From a virus (taxonomy: Duplodnaviria; Caudoviricetes), in the IMG/VR virus record IMGVR_UViG_3300048625_000378, positions 1-63,028 of that record: DNA of 63,028 nt; one strand, given 5' to 3'. The position numbers and the translations under genes are program-made. A model generated the notes under the pieces. It was not told the origin of the DNA and did not search any database. It saw only the letters and a program-made list of their open reading frames with translations. Below, piece by piece: positions 46,924-55,791 of this stretch. Within the stretch, counting starts at the first letter, position 1. Every line of letters starts with the position of its first letter.

Positions 46924-48429
46924 TTACTTTGCTTTTAAAAGTTCGACCTCAGTTTCTAAAGCACTAATTTTTTGATTCAATTCTTTTATTGCATTAATTA
47001 AAATATATGTAATTGCATGAGAATTAAAATTATAAAGCACAGTATCTGAAGTGTCTGTTGTATTCAATTTAGCCGAAAACGTAGATACTCCTTCAGGGAC
47101 TATGTTTTGAACTTCTTGAGCAATCACGCCGATGTTTCCTTTTATTTTGGAAAAACCAGCCTTACCGTTATAATCATACGTTACCGGTCTTATAGAAAGA
47201 ATAGCACTCAAGCCTTTCGTGTAATTTTGGATATTTTCCTTTAAACGGGAATCTGATGCAATTGTCCATGTATTAGTGGAAGGTTTAGCGGCAGAATCTA
47301 GTTGGAGTTGAAATAAATAGCTTGGGATAAATACACCGGTTTCAGACGAAGATATTCCAACCCCAACACTAGCGTCCCATATATGTCCTCTTTCCAACAT
47401 TTTCGAACTTGTAAACCTTGGTACTGCGTAGGTAGAGTTATGGGTATATTTTGATAAAACTAATTCACCGACAGTTTCACCAATATTTGGAACAACCAAT
47501 GTTTTATAGTCTTGGATATCCCCATAGTACAAATTAATTTGTTTAGTTACTGAACTACCAAATGATAGCGTATTAGTCTGTGTAGATATGGTAGTAGCTC
47601 CCTCAGAATAAATTGGTAAGTAAGAACTTCCAACAATTGATAGTTGACTATTAAACACACCGCTAGAATAAGGAGTCGTGGTTCCATTAGCTAAAAGATA
47701 ATTTGTACCACCAGAAGCTACTTTAAAACCACTCGCGGTTATGTTTCCTGTAAAAGTTGGAGAAGCTATTGGCGCTTTCAAATTCAAAGCGGATTGTGTT
47801 GCTGTTGAAATAGGTTTGTTCAAATCTGAAGTGTTATCTACATTACTTAAGCCTACATCTGATTTACTAACGACAGTACTACCTATTCTAATATCAATAC
47901 TTCCGGCAGTTCCAACAGCCGTTACAACGCCTAAACTAATACCATAACTAGGAGAAGAAGGCTTTGTAGCCGTAACAGTGCCTGCTGTAGCATCCGACAA
48001 ATAAAGAATTGAGTTTTCAAAAAAACTAGCCGTATTGAAGCCTGTAAATGTACCTGATGTAACTACATTTCCATCAGTATTATTAGGAATATCATTTTCT
48101 ACAATACCAAGTGTAGTCTCGCTCATGAACTTAACCGATGCAAGTGCCTTAGCTACTAATAATTTACCCCCTGACACTCCGCTTTGGTACACCACCGTTC
48201 CTTTAGTTAAAGTTGAGCCTGTTTGGTTGCGAACTATTTTGGTGGTTTTTATCGATTGGGAAATCGTAGTTTTATCTACATACCCAACCTCACCAGTTGT
48301 AGCATCTTGAACCATTACACGTGTAGCAGCCGTTTTTTCAGGATTTGCTGATATTTTAAGTTTTGTAACCCCTGTTGTCTGAGCGAAAGAAATTGCTGTG
48401 AATAGCAATAATAAAAAGTACTTTTTCAT
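46924..48429 (-). CDS. Tail-fibre-like protein with C-terminal peptidase S74 chaperone and N-terminal signal-peptide-like sequence
   Basis: SDSRLKENI...RPVTYDY...GVIAQEV...LINAIKEL; MKKYFLLLLFTAISFAQ. Confidence 0.8.
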   Translation of the reverse strand: MKKYFLLLLFTAISFAQTTGVTKLKISANPEKTAATRVMVQDATTGEVGYVDKTTISQSIKTTKIVRNQTGSTLTKGTVVYQSGVSGGKLLVAKALASVKFMSETTLGIVENDIPNNTDGNVVTSGTFTGFNTASFFENSILYLSDATAGTVTATKPSSPSYGISLGVVTAVGTAGSIDIRIGSTVVSKSDVGLSNVDNTSDLNKPISTATQSALNLKAPIASPTFTGNITASGFKVASGGTNYLLANGTTTPYSSGVFNSQLSIVGSSYLPIYSEGATTISTQTNTLSFGSSVTKQINLYYGDIQDYKTLVVPNIGETVGELVLSKYTHNSTYAVPRFTSSKMLERGHIWDASVGVGISSSETGVFIPSYLFQLQLDSAAKPSTNTWTIASDSRLKENIQNYTKGLSAILSIRPVTYDYNGKAGFSKIKGNIGVIAQEVQNIVPEGVSTFSAKLNTTDTSDTVLYNFNSHAITYILINAIKELNQKISALETEVELLKAK

Positions 48430-48445
48430 GTTTGTATAATTAAGT

Positions 48446-49198
48446 TTAAGTTCCTATTTCTGTAAATTGTAAAACCGTATAATTTGCCCTGTCACTTCGG
48501 TTTCCTCCATTCCAAATTGCCTTATCCCAATAAACTCCTGTATTTGTATCTGAATCCCAAGTTCCCCAACCCTCTACAAAATCACCTGGTTGATCCGTTC
48601 CTGTAGTATTGCCTCCTCCACGAGCGATAATTCGAAGCTCCATGAATGAAATTGGAGTAGGTGTTAAATTATTCGATATAAATTCTAGTCCTAATAAATA
48701 CTTCGTCTTGTCTATAAAATTTCCATTTGATAAATAATTATTTAAAGCAATATCAATACTAAAAGTTCTGCCGTTTTCTGATAACAAAAAATTTGAAGGG
48801 GTGATAAATACGAAGTTATCTTTGTTTTGAAAATTCGTAAGTTTAAAAAGGAATTGTCCGCTATTTATAATTGTTTGTATGTATATCCCTATCTCAAAAC
48901 CGTAAGAATCTTTATAGCTGAAAACTAATTTTTTAGCTTGTTGAAAATTAGTAGTTATATTACCGTTAATATCATTTGCATAAAAATATCCAAATCGATT
49001 TTCAATAGATTGGTTGTGTTGTGATATAAATAAAAATGCATTATACCCTAAGAAATTATTAAAAAGCGAGAATATGCCTCCTAGTGCAAATGTTTTTGTT
49101 TTCTTGCCCGGCGAATTGCTATCGGTCCCTATCAAAAAATCTTCCATTGACAGGCTATCATCTTGACCAAATATCTCTTTATTACTTATTTGTGGCAT
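48446..49198 (-). CDS. Hypothetical structural protein, first gene of the late operon
   Basis: DFLIGTDSNS..KTKTF; follows a late promoter. Confidence 0.55.
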   Translation of the reverse strand: MPQISNKEIFGQDDSLSMEDFLIGTDSNSPGKKTKTFALGGIFSLFNNFLGYNAFLFISQHNQSIENRFGYFYANDINGNITTNFQQAKKLVFSYKDSYGFEIGIYIQTIINSGQFLFKLTNFQNKDNFVFITPSNFLLSENGRTFSIDIALNNYLSNGNFIDKTKYLLGLEFISNNLTPTPISFMELRIIARGGGNTTGTDQPGDFVEGWGTWDSDTNTGVYWDKAIWNGGNRSDRANYTVLQFTEIGT

Positions 49199-49215
49199 GA
49201 TTAATCATTTGACTA

Positions 49216-49246
49216 CAAATATAATAGATTTTATTTATTACTTTTG
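49216..49246. promoter_or_regulatory. Back-to-back promoters separated by one 15-bp box
   Basis: CAAATATA-ATAGATTTTATTTAT-TACTTTTG. Confidence 0.65.
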
Positions 49247-49270
49247 TAATTACAATAAGAAAAATTTATA

Positions 49271-49846
49271 ATGAAGTATAGAGATAATCGAAAGAACGCA
49301 AATAGATCTACTAACAAAATCCCTTTGTACACTTTGGAGCTTTTACATGAAATGGGAATTTTTGTAAAACCACAATACGCAAAGAAACCTAAGTATGTTT
49401 TTTGCAATCAAGGTTATGACTTCCTTGAGAATTTTTTTATTGTTAGGCATTATGTGTGCACTAAAAATAAAATATCGCTTAGGGTTTTAGAAATGCTATT
49501 AAAACTTTACCCAATGAACTATTTTACATACCATGATTACTATGAATTACCTAAGAATTTTCAGTTAGTTAGGGCTGATTTTTTAATAAAAAAGGGGCTT
49601 ATGGTTGAAATTAAAGAAAAGCATAAAGATAGACCTGAGAGTATTTTTAAATTAACTACTTCAGCAGGAGCCATTGTTAGAGATTTTTATAAATACCTAT
49701 CTGGAGAGAAACCAATTCCGGAAGAAAGAAACAAAAATTACATGGCCAGAAAGGATGCTAGCGAAATAGACAAGCTCCGTTTAGAGTTCATTAAAAAAAT
49801 GAACAAAACAGAGCCTTCTGATTCTAAAAAAGAATTATTTATGTAA
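49271..49846 (+). CDS. Putative winged-helix transcription regulator
   Basis: Divergent from the late operon; FLIKKGLMVE...IFKLTTSAGAIVRDFY resembles a MarR-type wing. Confidence 0.5.
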   Translation: MKYRDNRKNANRSTNKIPLYTLELLHEMGIFVKPQYAKKPKYVFCNQGYDFLENFFIVRHYVCTKNKISLRVLEMLLKLYPMNYFTYHDYYELPKNFQLVRADFLIKKGLMVEIKEKHKDRPESIFKLTTSAGAIVRDFYKYLSGEKPIPEERNKNYMARKDASEIDKLRLEFIKKMNKTEPSDSKKELFM

Positions 49847-49848
49847 CA

Positions 49849-50055
49849 TTAGTTTAGTATTCCTAATCTTTCACTGTACCTAGCTATTTCAAATTCATAA
49901 AGGGTATAAATCCCATTATCACCTCTAACTTGGTACATTATTCCTTGACAATCAACAACTATTGCAATAACTATATGCAGTAATTTATCAGGATCGGCTT
50001 TTCGAATTACTTCTTCTTTAATTTTGAAGTTTATAGAAATAATCAGCTTTTCCAT
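49849..50055 (-). CDS. Hypothetical protein
   Basis: Operonic ORF. Confidence 0.55.
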   Translation of the reverse strand: MEKLIISINFKIKEEVIRKADPDKLLHIVIAIVVDCQGIMYQVRGDNGIYTLYEFEIARYSERLGILN

Positions 50056-50056
50056 T

Positions 50057-50314
50057 CTAAACGTTAAAATCAAGCTCGCTCCCTTCTCTTAGAAGAAGAT
50101 AAATTTTTCCATTATATTCAATCGGGACTCCAGGAACATATTTCATTTTTTGAACTACATCACCAACTTTAGTGTATTTTACTTTTGGACCAATCAAAAT
50201 TACTTTAAATTGATTTTCGTTTTTTGGCTTATTACTAAGAATAATTCCTGAATCAGTTTTATTATCTTCTTTAGCAATTGGCTCTACTAATATTCTATCT
50301 GATAGCGGTATCAT
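50057..50314 (-). CDS. groES: Co-chaperonin GroES
   Basis: PLSDRILVEP..KTDSGIIL..VILIGP..VGDVV..YLLLRE. Confidence 0.85.
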   Translation of the reverse strand: MIPLSDRILVEPIAKEDNKTDSGIILSNKPKNENQFKVILIGPKVKYTKVGDVVQKMKYVPGVPIEYNGKIYLLLREGSELDFNV

Positions 50315-50520
50315 TAGTTTTTGTTTTTATTAATATCAAAAGTTTTATTCGAATATATTTGTATTTGATCTATCCTTACTGTTATAATATCTCCACCATC
50401 ACAGAGAACAACTGTCCATAAATCGTTCTCAAAAGTACCACCTGAAACGGCATAAATAGCCATAGCTTCTTTATTGGTTTCTTTTATAATAACCGGAATT
50501 GGATTTTTAAATTCTAACAT
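50314..50520 (-). CDS. Hypothetical protein
   Basis: Coupled ORF. Confidence 0.6.
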   Translation of the reverse strand: MLEFKNPIPVIIKETNKEAMAIYAVSGGTFENDLWTVVLCDGGDIITVRIDQIQIYSNKTFDINKNKN

Positions 50521-51088
50521 ATTCTGCATTCCATTTAGTTACATTCGCTTTATACTTTGGAGGATTTTCTTTGTCAAAAGCGTTTACAAAATTAAGATTA
50601 TGCCATCGTAAATAATTGTTTGGATAAGCAGCATAAAATCCATTATCGAGCTTGATAATATGAAAGCATTTACTATCGGTATCATCTGCATAACCACCTC
50701 CAAAATCATCAATTGTAAATAAGTATTCTCCTTTAACCCATTCTTTATTTCGATTGTAGCACTCTACGATATAGCCTTGTAAATAACTAAATACAATTGA
50801 CTCTCCTAACTCTCCCTGCATATTCCAATATTGCAATAATGAAAGCAATTCTTTTTCATCTTTACATGGCTTTTCGAATTCTTCTTTATGAACAAATGCA
50901 TGTATTGGTAACGACCAAAAAACAGCCCCATTTTCAAGCTGACAATGAAATAGTAGTGGGCTATTTAATTGAATTTTAGCTCCAAAAATATAGCAAGGGG
51001 TTAGTTCCTTGTTTTTAAAATCTTGAAACAAAAAAGCATTTCTAACAAATCCTTCTTGATATGGGATATTTATATTACTTGTTTTCAT
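50507..51088 (-). CDS. Conserved phage hypothetical protein
   Basis: GAVFWSLPIHAF; GEYLFTID; GFYAAYPNN. Confidence 0.65.
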   Translation of the reverse strand: MKTSNINIPYQEGFVRNAFLFQDFKNKELTPCYIFGAKIQLNSPLLFHCQLENGAVFWSLPIHAFVHKEEFEKPCKDEKELLSLLQYWNMQGELGESIVFSYLQGYIVECYNRNKEWVKGEYLFTIDDFGGGYADDTDSKCFHIIKLDNGFYAAYPNNYLRWHNLNFVNAFDKENPPKYKANVTKWNAEYVRI

Positions 51089-51329
51089 TACATTTTTTAC
51101 AATCCTTGCATTGTCCAGTTTCGCACTTTGTTTTTACAATAGGGGAGTAGCCATCTTTTTCATTCCATACCATAACTACGCCACCAAAAACAGTGTATGC
51201 TTTTTTATCCTCATGGTATTGGAATTTCGATACGTAGGCAATGCTAACATTTATTACCATTTGCAGACATGTTATTTCTTTAGCATTTTTAAAATGGCTT
51301 GTAACTTGTTTAAGTGATGGTTTTTTCAT
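51075..51329 (-). CDS. Hypothetical protein with a Cys-rich tail
   Basis: CETGQCKDCKKC. Confidence 0.55.
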   Translation of the reverse strand: MKKPSLKQVTSHFKNAKEITCLQMVINVSIAYVSKFQYHEDKKAYTVFGGVVMVWNEKDGYSPIVKTKCETGQCKDCKKCNENK

Positions 51330-51577
51330 GGTTTTAATGTGATAAGTACAAAATCTCCTTGTTTTTTTATTTTGTAACAACTTTCATTATGTTCTATAGA
51401 CAGTCTATCTAAAAGTCTATCTACAAAATTTCTTTGCGCGTAATTTCCTAGAGCTGAATCTGGGTCTAATAAATCGGATTTATCATTATGAAATGAACAT
51501 AGATAAAGCTCTCTTTTTTGAAATAAAGTTTGAACTGCCTGATCTATTAATCTTGTTGTTTTACCTGATCTTCTCAT
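51326..51577 (-). CDS. Small protein starting with a P-loop-like motif
   Basis: MRRSGKTTRLID. Confidence 0.55.
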   Translation of the reverse strand: MRRSGKTTRLIDQAVQTLFQKRELYLCSFHNDKSDLLDPDSALGNYAQRNFVDRLLDRLSIEHNESCYKIKKQGDFVLITLKP

Positions 51578-51595
51578 TTTGATTTATTTTTTAAG

Positions 51596-51961
51596 TTATT
51601 GGGCTATTTTAATGGTGAATTCTACTCTGGGATTCTCTTTATCAATAAATTTTCTAGCATAGATTAACGAACAATTATTATCATTCTTAATCACTTTTGC
51701 TTTTTGCAAACAATCTAAAATTACTTTAAATGAATTATCAATGTCAGATCGTTTAGAAGGGTAAAATACATCGATATAAATTTCAAACGGCACTTCAATC
51801 ATTTTATCTCTAGCTGGTCCAATTTGCCAAAAAAATGATTCTTCATATTTTTTTAGCGCTGGGGTTTTAGCTAAAGAACCATGTCCGTTCAAAGTAATTA
51901 TTCTATAGCAATTACTCTTTGATGGAACCGTGCCAATTATTTTACATTTAATCTCACTCAT
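51596..51961 (-). CDS. rusA: RusA-like Holliday junction resolvase
   Basis: VPSKSN; DIDNSFKVILDCLQ..IKNDN; NPRVEF. Confidence 0.85.
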   Translation of the reverse strand: MSEIKCKIIGTVPSKSNCYRIITLNGHGSLAKTPALKKYEESFFWQIGPARDKMIEVPFEIYIDVFYPSKRSDIDNSFKVILDCLQKAKVIKNDNNCSLIYARKFIDKENPRVEFTIKIAQ

Positions 51962-52125
51962 TAGTAAGTCCTTTTTTCAAAAGTAAAACCTCTTTTATTT
52001 TGGAAAATATCATTCACATCAATATCATACCAATACAGTAAATATTTAGGTTTTTCAACTCCGTTTTTATAAACCACAAAGCCTCTTAATGGTCTACAAT
52101 ATTCGTGAAACGATTGTCTTATCAT
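51961..52125 (-). CDS. 54-aa hypothetical protein
   Basis: MIRQSFHEYC..., stop coupled to the rusA start; not in the ORF track. Confidence 0.5.
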   Translation of the reverse strand: MIRQSFHEYCRPLRGFVVYKNGVEKPKYLLYWYDIDVNDIFQNKRGFTFEKRTY

Positions 52126-52126
52126 A

Positions 52127-52384
52127 TTAATATTTTTCTAATACTACGACTCCTTTAGAAATACTCTCATCATCCATCATCGCTATTGATTTAACAATAT
52201 AACCTTGCCTTACTTTTTCTGTAGTAAACTTCAGTATATCATTTTCAAGTCCATACATTGTTCGAAAAGACTTTACAATAGTAACTTTTGGCGTCACTGG
52301 TTTAACATTCATTATAGTAACCGTTGTAGCTGAAATCAAAGCAGTAAATAAAATTCCTGCTATAAAATAAATTGTGTTTTTCAT
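52127..52384 (-). CDS. Small membrane-anchored protein
   Basis: N-terminal hydrophobic segment. Confidence 0.55.
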   Translation of the reverse strand: MKNTIYFIAGILFTALISATTVTIMNVKPVTPKVTIVKSFRTMYGLENDILKFTTEKVRQGYIVKSIAMMDDESISKGVVVLEKY

Positions 52385-52395
52385 ATTAATTTGAA

Positions 52396-52716
52396 TTAAA
52401 TTCCTAAATTATTACCCCATTTATAGAACCATTTTATATCCTCCGTTCTGTATCCCCAACTTCCTTTAATTAGGAATTTAAAAGGCAATGCTAAAAATAA
52501 TAACAGCCAAACGATAGGATAAAAAATGATAGATAATCGAATCCATACGTTTGAAATCCTCTCTCTTTGTTTATAAAATTCAAAAGGAGAAAACCTGATT
52601 ATTTCTTGATTATATAGATTTGATTTTTGTTGATCAGTTAAGTTCAAATCCTTTGATTGTTTTAACCATTCAATAACTTCATATTCTGAAGCTTTTTCGT
52701 AATTATGTAAATTCAT
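52396..52716 (-). CDS. Membrane protein
   Basis: MNLHNY start; TM segment LSIIFYPIVWLLLFLALPF. Confidence 0.55.
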   Translation of the reverse strand: MNLHNYEKASEYEVIEWLKQSKDLNLTDQQKSNLYNQEIIRFSPFEFYKQRERISNVWIRLSIIFYPIVWLLLFLALPFKFLIKGSWGYRTEDIKWFYKWGNNLGI

Positions 52717-52735
52717 AATACTTGATTTATATAGC

Positions 52736-52990
52736 TTATTGCACAATATTCCAATCTTCTGACAACATATCTGTTTGCGATGCCAACCATGGTACTCTAT
52801 TTTTTGGAGCGTCTGGATTATTAGTTTGCAACCCGGTAGTGTCAATAAAAATATATGGATGAGTCATTTTGCTATTTGTGTCAGGAATTTGTAATTCAAT
52901 AAAAATTCCTTTTCCATTCCATCCGTTTCTAGCTACTTTATGTCCATGTTTTAATGCTTTAAGCGCGTCTCCAAAATTTAAATTTTCCAT
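52736..52990 (-). CDS. DUF2829/Tad2-family anti-defence sponge protein
   Basis: NFGDALKALKHGHKVARNGWNGKG...PWLASQTDMLSEDW. Confidence 0.85.
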   Translation of the reverse strand: MENLNFGDALKALKHGHKVARNGWNGKGIFIELQIPDTNSKMTHPYIFIDTTGLQTNNPDAPKNRVPWLASQTDMLSEDWNIVQ

Positions 52991-53219
52991 TTCTGTCTGT
53001 TTTTATAATTTATACTATTTTAAAAAAAGTAATTTACATCTGGTTTTTTATAAGAATTGAATTGGCAGAAAATGTTAAAGCTTTCAATCCTAACGCCACA
53101 CGATCCAAATTGTCTATGCGCCAAACTTACAATCCGCATATCACCGAATGATTTAATGACCCATTCTACAAGACCAGAAAGTTCGATGTTCCGACTTATC
53201 GGCATAAATTACTTTTGTG

Positions 53220-53302
53220 TTGAAGTGGAGGGAATCGAACCCCCAAAGCTGAAAGCGACAGATTTACAGTCTGCTGATTTAACCACATTTACCATCACTT
53301 CA
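53220..53302 (-). tRNA. tRNA-Tyr(GTA) with long variable arm and slightly irregular acceptor/D junction
   Basis: GCAGA-CTGTAAA-TCTGT anticodon arm; GGGGG-TTCGATT-CCCTC T arm. Confidence 0.8.
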
Positions 53303-53430
53303 ATTTTGCTTGTCTTTCCAAGCTGTCATATTGACCCATACCACGGGCTACTAATCTCGACTTGCGAGGAGGAATTGAACCTCATTTAAATACCAATTCT
53401 CAATAAGCGAGCAGAATCGAACTGCATTCG

Positions 53431-53578
53431 TGGCTAAGATAGGATTCGAACCTATAAATCTTAGTACTAGAATATACCAATCTAGAAGAGTGTTTTAGTT
53501 TATTCTATTTTTGGTAAATAAGAATAAATTTTAGACATAAATGCCACCCTTTACGTCTACCAATTCCGCCACTTAGCC
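53431..53578 (-). ncRNA. tRNA-Leu-like RNA with expanded anticodon domain (148 nt)
   Basis: GGCTAAG/CTTAGCC-A acceptor; GGCGGAATTGGTAGACG D arm; ATAGG-TTCGAAT-CCTAT T arm. Confidence 0.7.
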
Positions 53579-53702
53579 TTAAAAAACTTCGGAAAACATA
53601 ATAAAACAACCGAAGAAAAAAGTATCTAAAATTCCGTTTAAAAAGTTTTAGTAGATAAGAACTTGACTATGTTTTTTTTAAAGTTGCCCTCATGCAACTT
53701 AG

Positions 53703-53775
53703 TAGCGAGAGTAGGATTCGAACCTACGACCTTCGAGTTATGAGCCCGACGAGCTAGCCTCTGCTCTATCTCGCG
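53703..53775 (-). tRNA. Initiator tRNA-fMet(CAT)
   Basis: C1:U72 mismatch; TCGGG-CTCATAA-CTCGA; GTAGG-TTCGAAT-CCTAC. Confidence 0.9.
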
Positions 53776-53788
53776 ATATATTTTTTAC

Positions 53789-54088
53789 CTAATCCGGCTT
53801 AACGCGCCTCACCAAGCCTTCCCAGAGAGCCTCAGTAGTGCTGTAATCTCCAATCTTACCGAAATCACACACATAACAAAAATGCTCAATCTCACAAAAT
53901 CCCTTTTCATCTACCGGAAACCAGACCCTAAGCATCTCAAATACAGAATTAATCAGTTTGCCATTATCATACATGCTAAATCCATAAGGTCCATACAATG
54001 ATGTTAAATCAGCAACATGATCTTTATCTTGCAAATACTGCTGATGCAAACTCTCTATTACCCGAATAAATTGATCTTTTGAAATCAT
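53789..54088 (-). CDS. Hypothetical protein
   Basis: ATGA-coupled ORF. Confidence 0.6.
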   Translation of the reverse strand: MISKDQFIRVIESLHQQYLQDKDHVADLTSLYGPYGFSMYDNGKLINSVFEMLRVWFPVDEKGFCEIEHFCYVCDFGKIGDYSTTEALWEGLVRRVKPD

Positions 54089-54450
54089 TTTCCCTTTACT
54101 ATTTCTATTAGTTTTTTAAGACATTCAAGTTCTGCTTCTTCGTATAAAGCTCCTTCTTCAATTACAGTAATTTCATTAGAACCCGTCCCTAAATTTTCAA
54201 TATAAACCTCAAATTTTCCGGCATTCTTAAAAACACTTGAGTACAAGCCACGTTTTTTATTAAACCATCTAAATGCTTGTTGGTAAAGTGGGCAATCTAT
54301 AGTATCATACATCATAGAGCCTCTTGGTAAAGATTTGGTTTTTTTTACATGAACATATTCCGTCTGGTCTATTGTGGCTATACAATATTCATCAAATCCT
54401 AATCCTTTTAAAGCTAATGATTGTTTGTATGGGATGAATTCTTTTTCCAT
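54085..54450 (-). CDS. Conserved Bacteroidota-phage hypothetical protein
   Basis: MEKEFIPYKQSLALKGLGFDE...PLYQQAFRWF...YEEAELECLKKLIEIVK. Confidence 0.7.
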   Translation of the reverse strand: MEKEFIPYKQSLALKGLGFDEYCIATIDQTEYVHVKKTKSLPRGSMMYDTIDCPLYQQAFRWFNKKRGLYSSVFKNAGKFEVYIENLGTGSNEITVIEEGALYEEAELECLKKLIEIVKGK

Positions 54451-55044
54451 AGTTTTTTAACGTCATGTGTTTTTCCTTTTACAAACCTACAAATTTATTT
54501 TACACAATGTGTGTTTTTTATGATTTTTTTCGATAAAAAATTAAAACCCATTTTAAAGCCTTAAAATCAATCGAAATATCAAAATCATAAGAATCCTTAT
54601 AAAAACAAATTGTAACCCACAAAGCCAAAGAAAACAACAACAAAAAACACTTTGTCAAACGTTTGTATTTCAGAATAAATCAATGAAGTAAGTATTTAAC
54701 AGAAATTCAATACTGAAAATGCTATGTGATAATGAATATGGGAGGGTATATAGGGTTTGAACGCTGCGAGACAAAAAAGAAAACGCAAAATATGGAGGCA
54801 TAGGGGTCGGATTTCTCTTTCGTTCCTTAAAAGTTTTAGGTTTTTTATTCTTGGTTCTTGCTGTATTTTTTTAAGGCTTTTATTCTTCTGTGTTCCTACA
54901 ATGGTCACATACTACATTCGTGAATCATTGCAAACAAAGGGATTAACACAAACAAACTATATATTTTCCCCGTTATTTCCCTTTTAACCCTCCAGAGAAT
55001 CGAATATTTGAAAAAGAAATGTATAATGATCCAGAATATGAAAT

Positions 55045-55212
55045 TTATTTTAATCGTCTTTTAGTGCATTTAATCCACGCTTCTATTAATTCGTCAAGGT
55101 CTTGCAATTGCTCCAGATATTTCTTCGTTTGTCTGTCTGCTCTTATTGTGGTTTTATTCCCTGTCAATTCCTCGCTTAAGGCTTGAAAATTGATGATTTT
55201 TTTATATTTCAT
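55045..55212 (-). CDS. Small basic protein, possibly DNA-binding
   Basis: MKYKKIINFQALSEELTGNKTTIR; divergent from the early operon. Confidence 0.5.
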   Translation of the reverse strand: MKYKKIINFQALSEELTGNKTTIRADRQTKKYLEQLQDLDELIEAWIKCTKRRLK

Positions 55213-55568
55213 TTTGCCAGTATTTTGGTTGTTTCTCGGCGCTGATAACCAGTATTCTGGTTTTTTAAGGTGTAAATATACGCTCATAATGTGTGATTAT
55301 GTTTTTTGCGTGGGTTTTTTATGTTCAGTTTGTTGATTTCCTCAATGTTTACAAGGGTTCACGCGCGTAACTTCGTGTTTGTGGTTGTCCTATTTCCAAC
55401 CTTCAAAAATTATAAACGAAACAACTTTCTTTTTTTTACTTTGTAAAGTACTGATTTTAAACAAATTAGACTTTAATTATAGATTTTATTTATATTAAAA
55501 AGACTTTATTATAGAGATTTAGTATTAAAATATGTGTGTTTTATGTGTTTTATATGTGTTATTCTGTG

Positions 55569-55576
55569 TATATTTG
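55569..55576 (+). promoter_or_regulatory. Early promoter -7 element preceded by TGTGTTTTA repeats
   Basis: TATATTTG; repeats at 55531-55570. Confidence 0.6.
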
Positions 55577-55791
55577 TACACGAACAAAGGGGGTAAAAGT
55601 ATATATCTGTTTTAGTCTTTGTTGTTATGGTTTTTGTTTGGTGTGGGCTTTGCCCTTATCACGAAGCCGAGCCGAAAAAAACGGGATCACAGTTTAAAAA
55701 AGTGGCGGAAGTGGAAAACACTATAAAGCGGGTTTTGTACACTCTACTTTAAAAAGTCAGTACACGTGTTAACCAAATAGGATTAATGCGG

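Noticed and set aside
14008-48310. Numerous + strand ORFs opposite virion genes
   Set aside because: Antisense shadows of long minus-strand genes with F/S/L-rich, non-protein-like composition
53100-53220. Theta/HDV-like ribozyme in the tRNA 3' trailer
   Set aside because: Could not build the nested double pseudoknot by eye; needs an Infernal/RNArobo search
53020-53389. ORFs 53057-53389 (+) and 53020-53205 (-)
   Set aside because: The first is antisense to tRNA-Tyr; neither has protein-like features or a good start context
54696-54987. ORFs 54696-54908 and 54757-54987
   Set aside because: Mutually overlapping, atypical composition, in a probable non-coding terminal region
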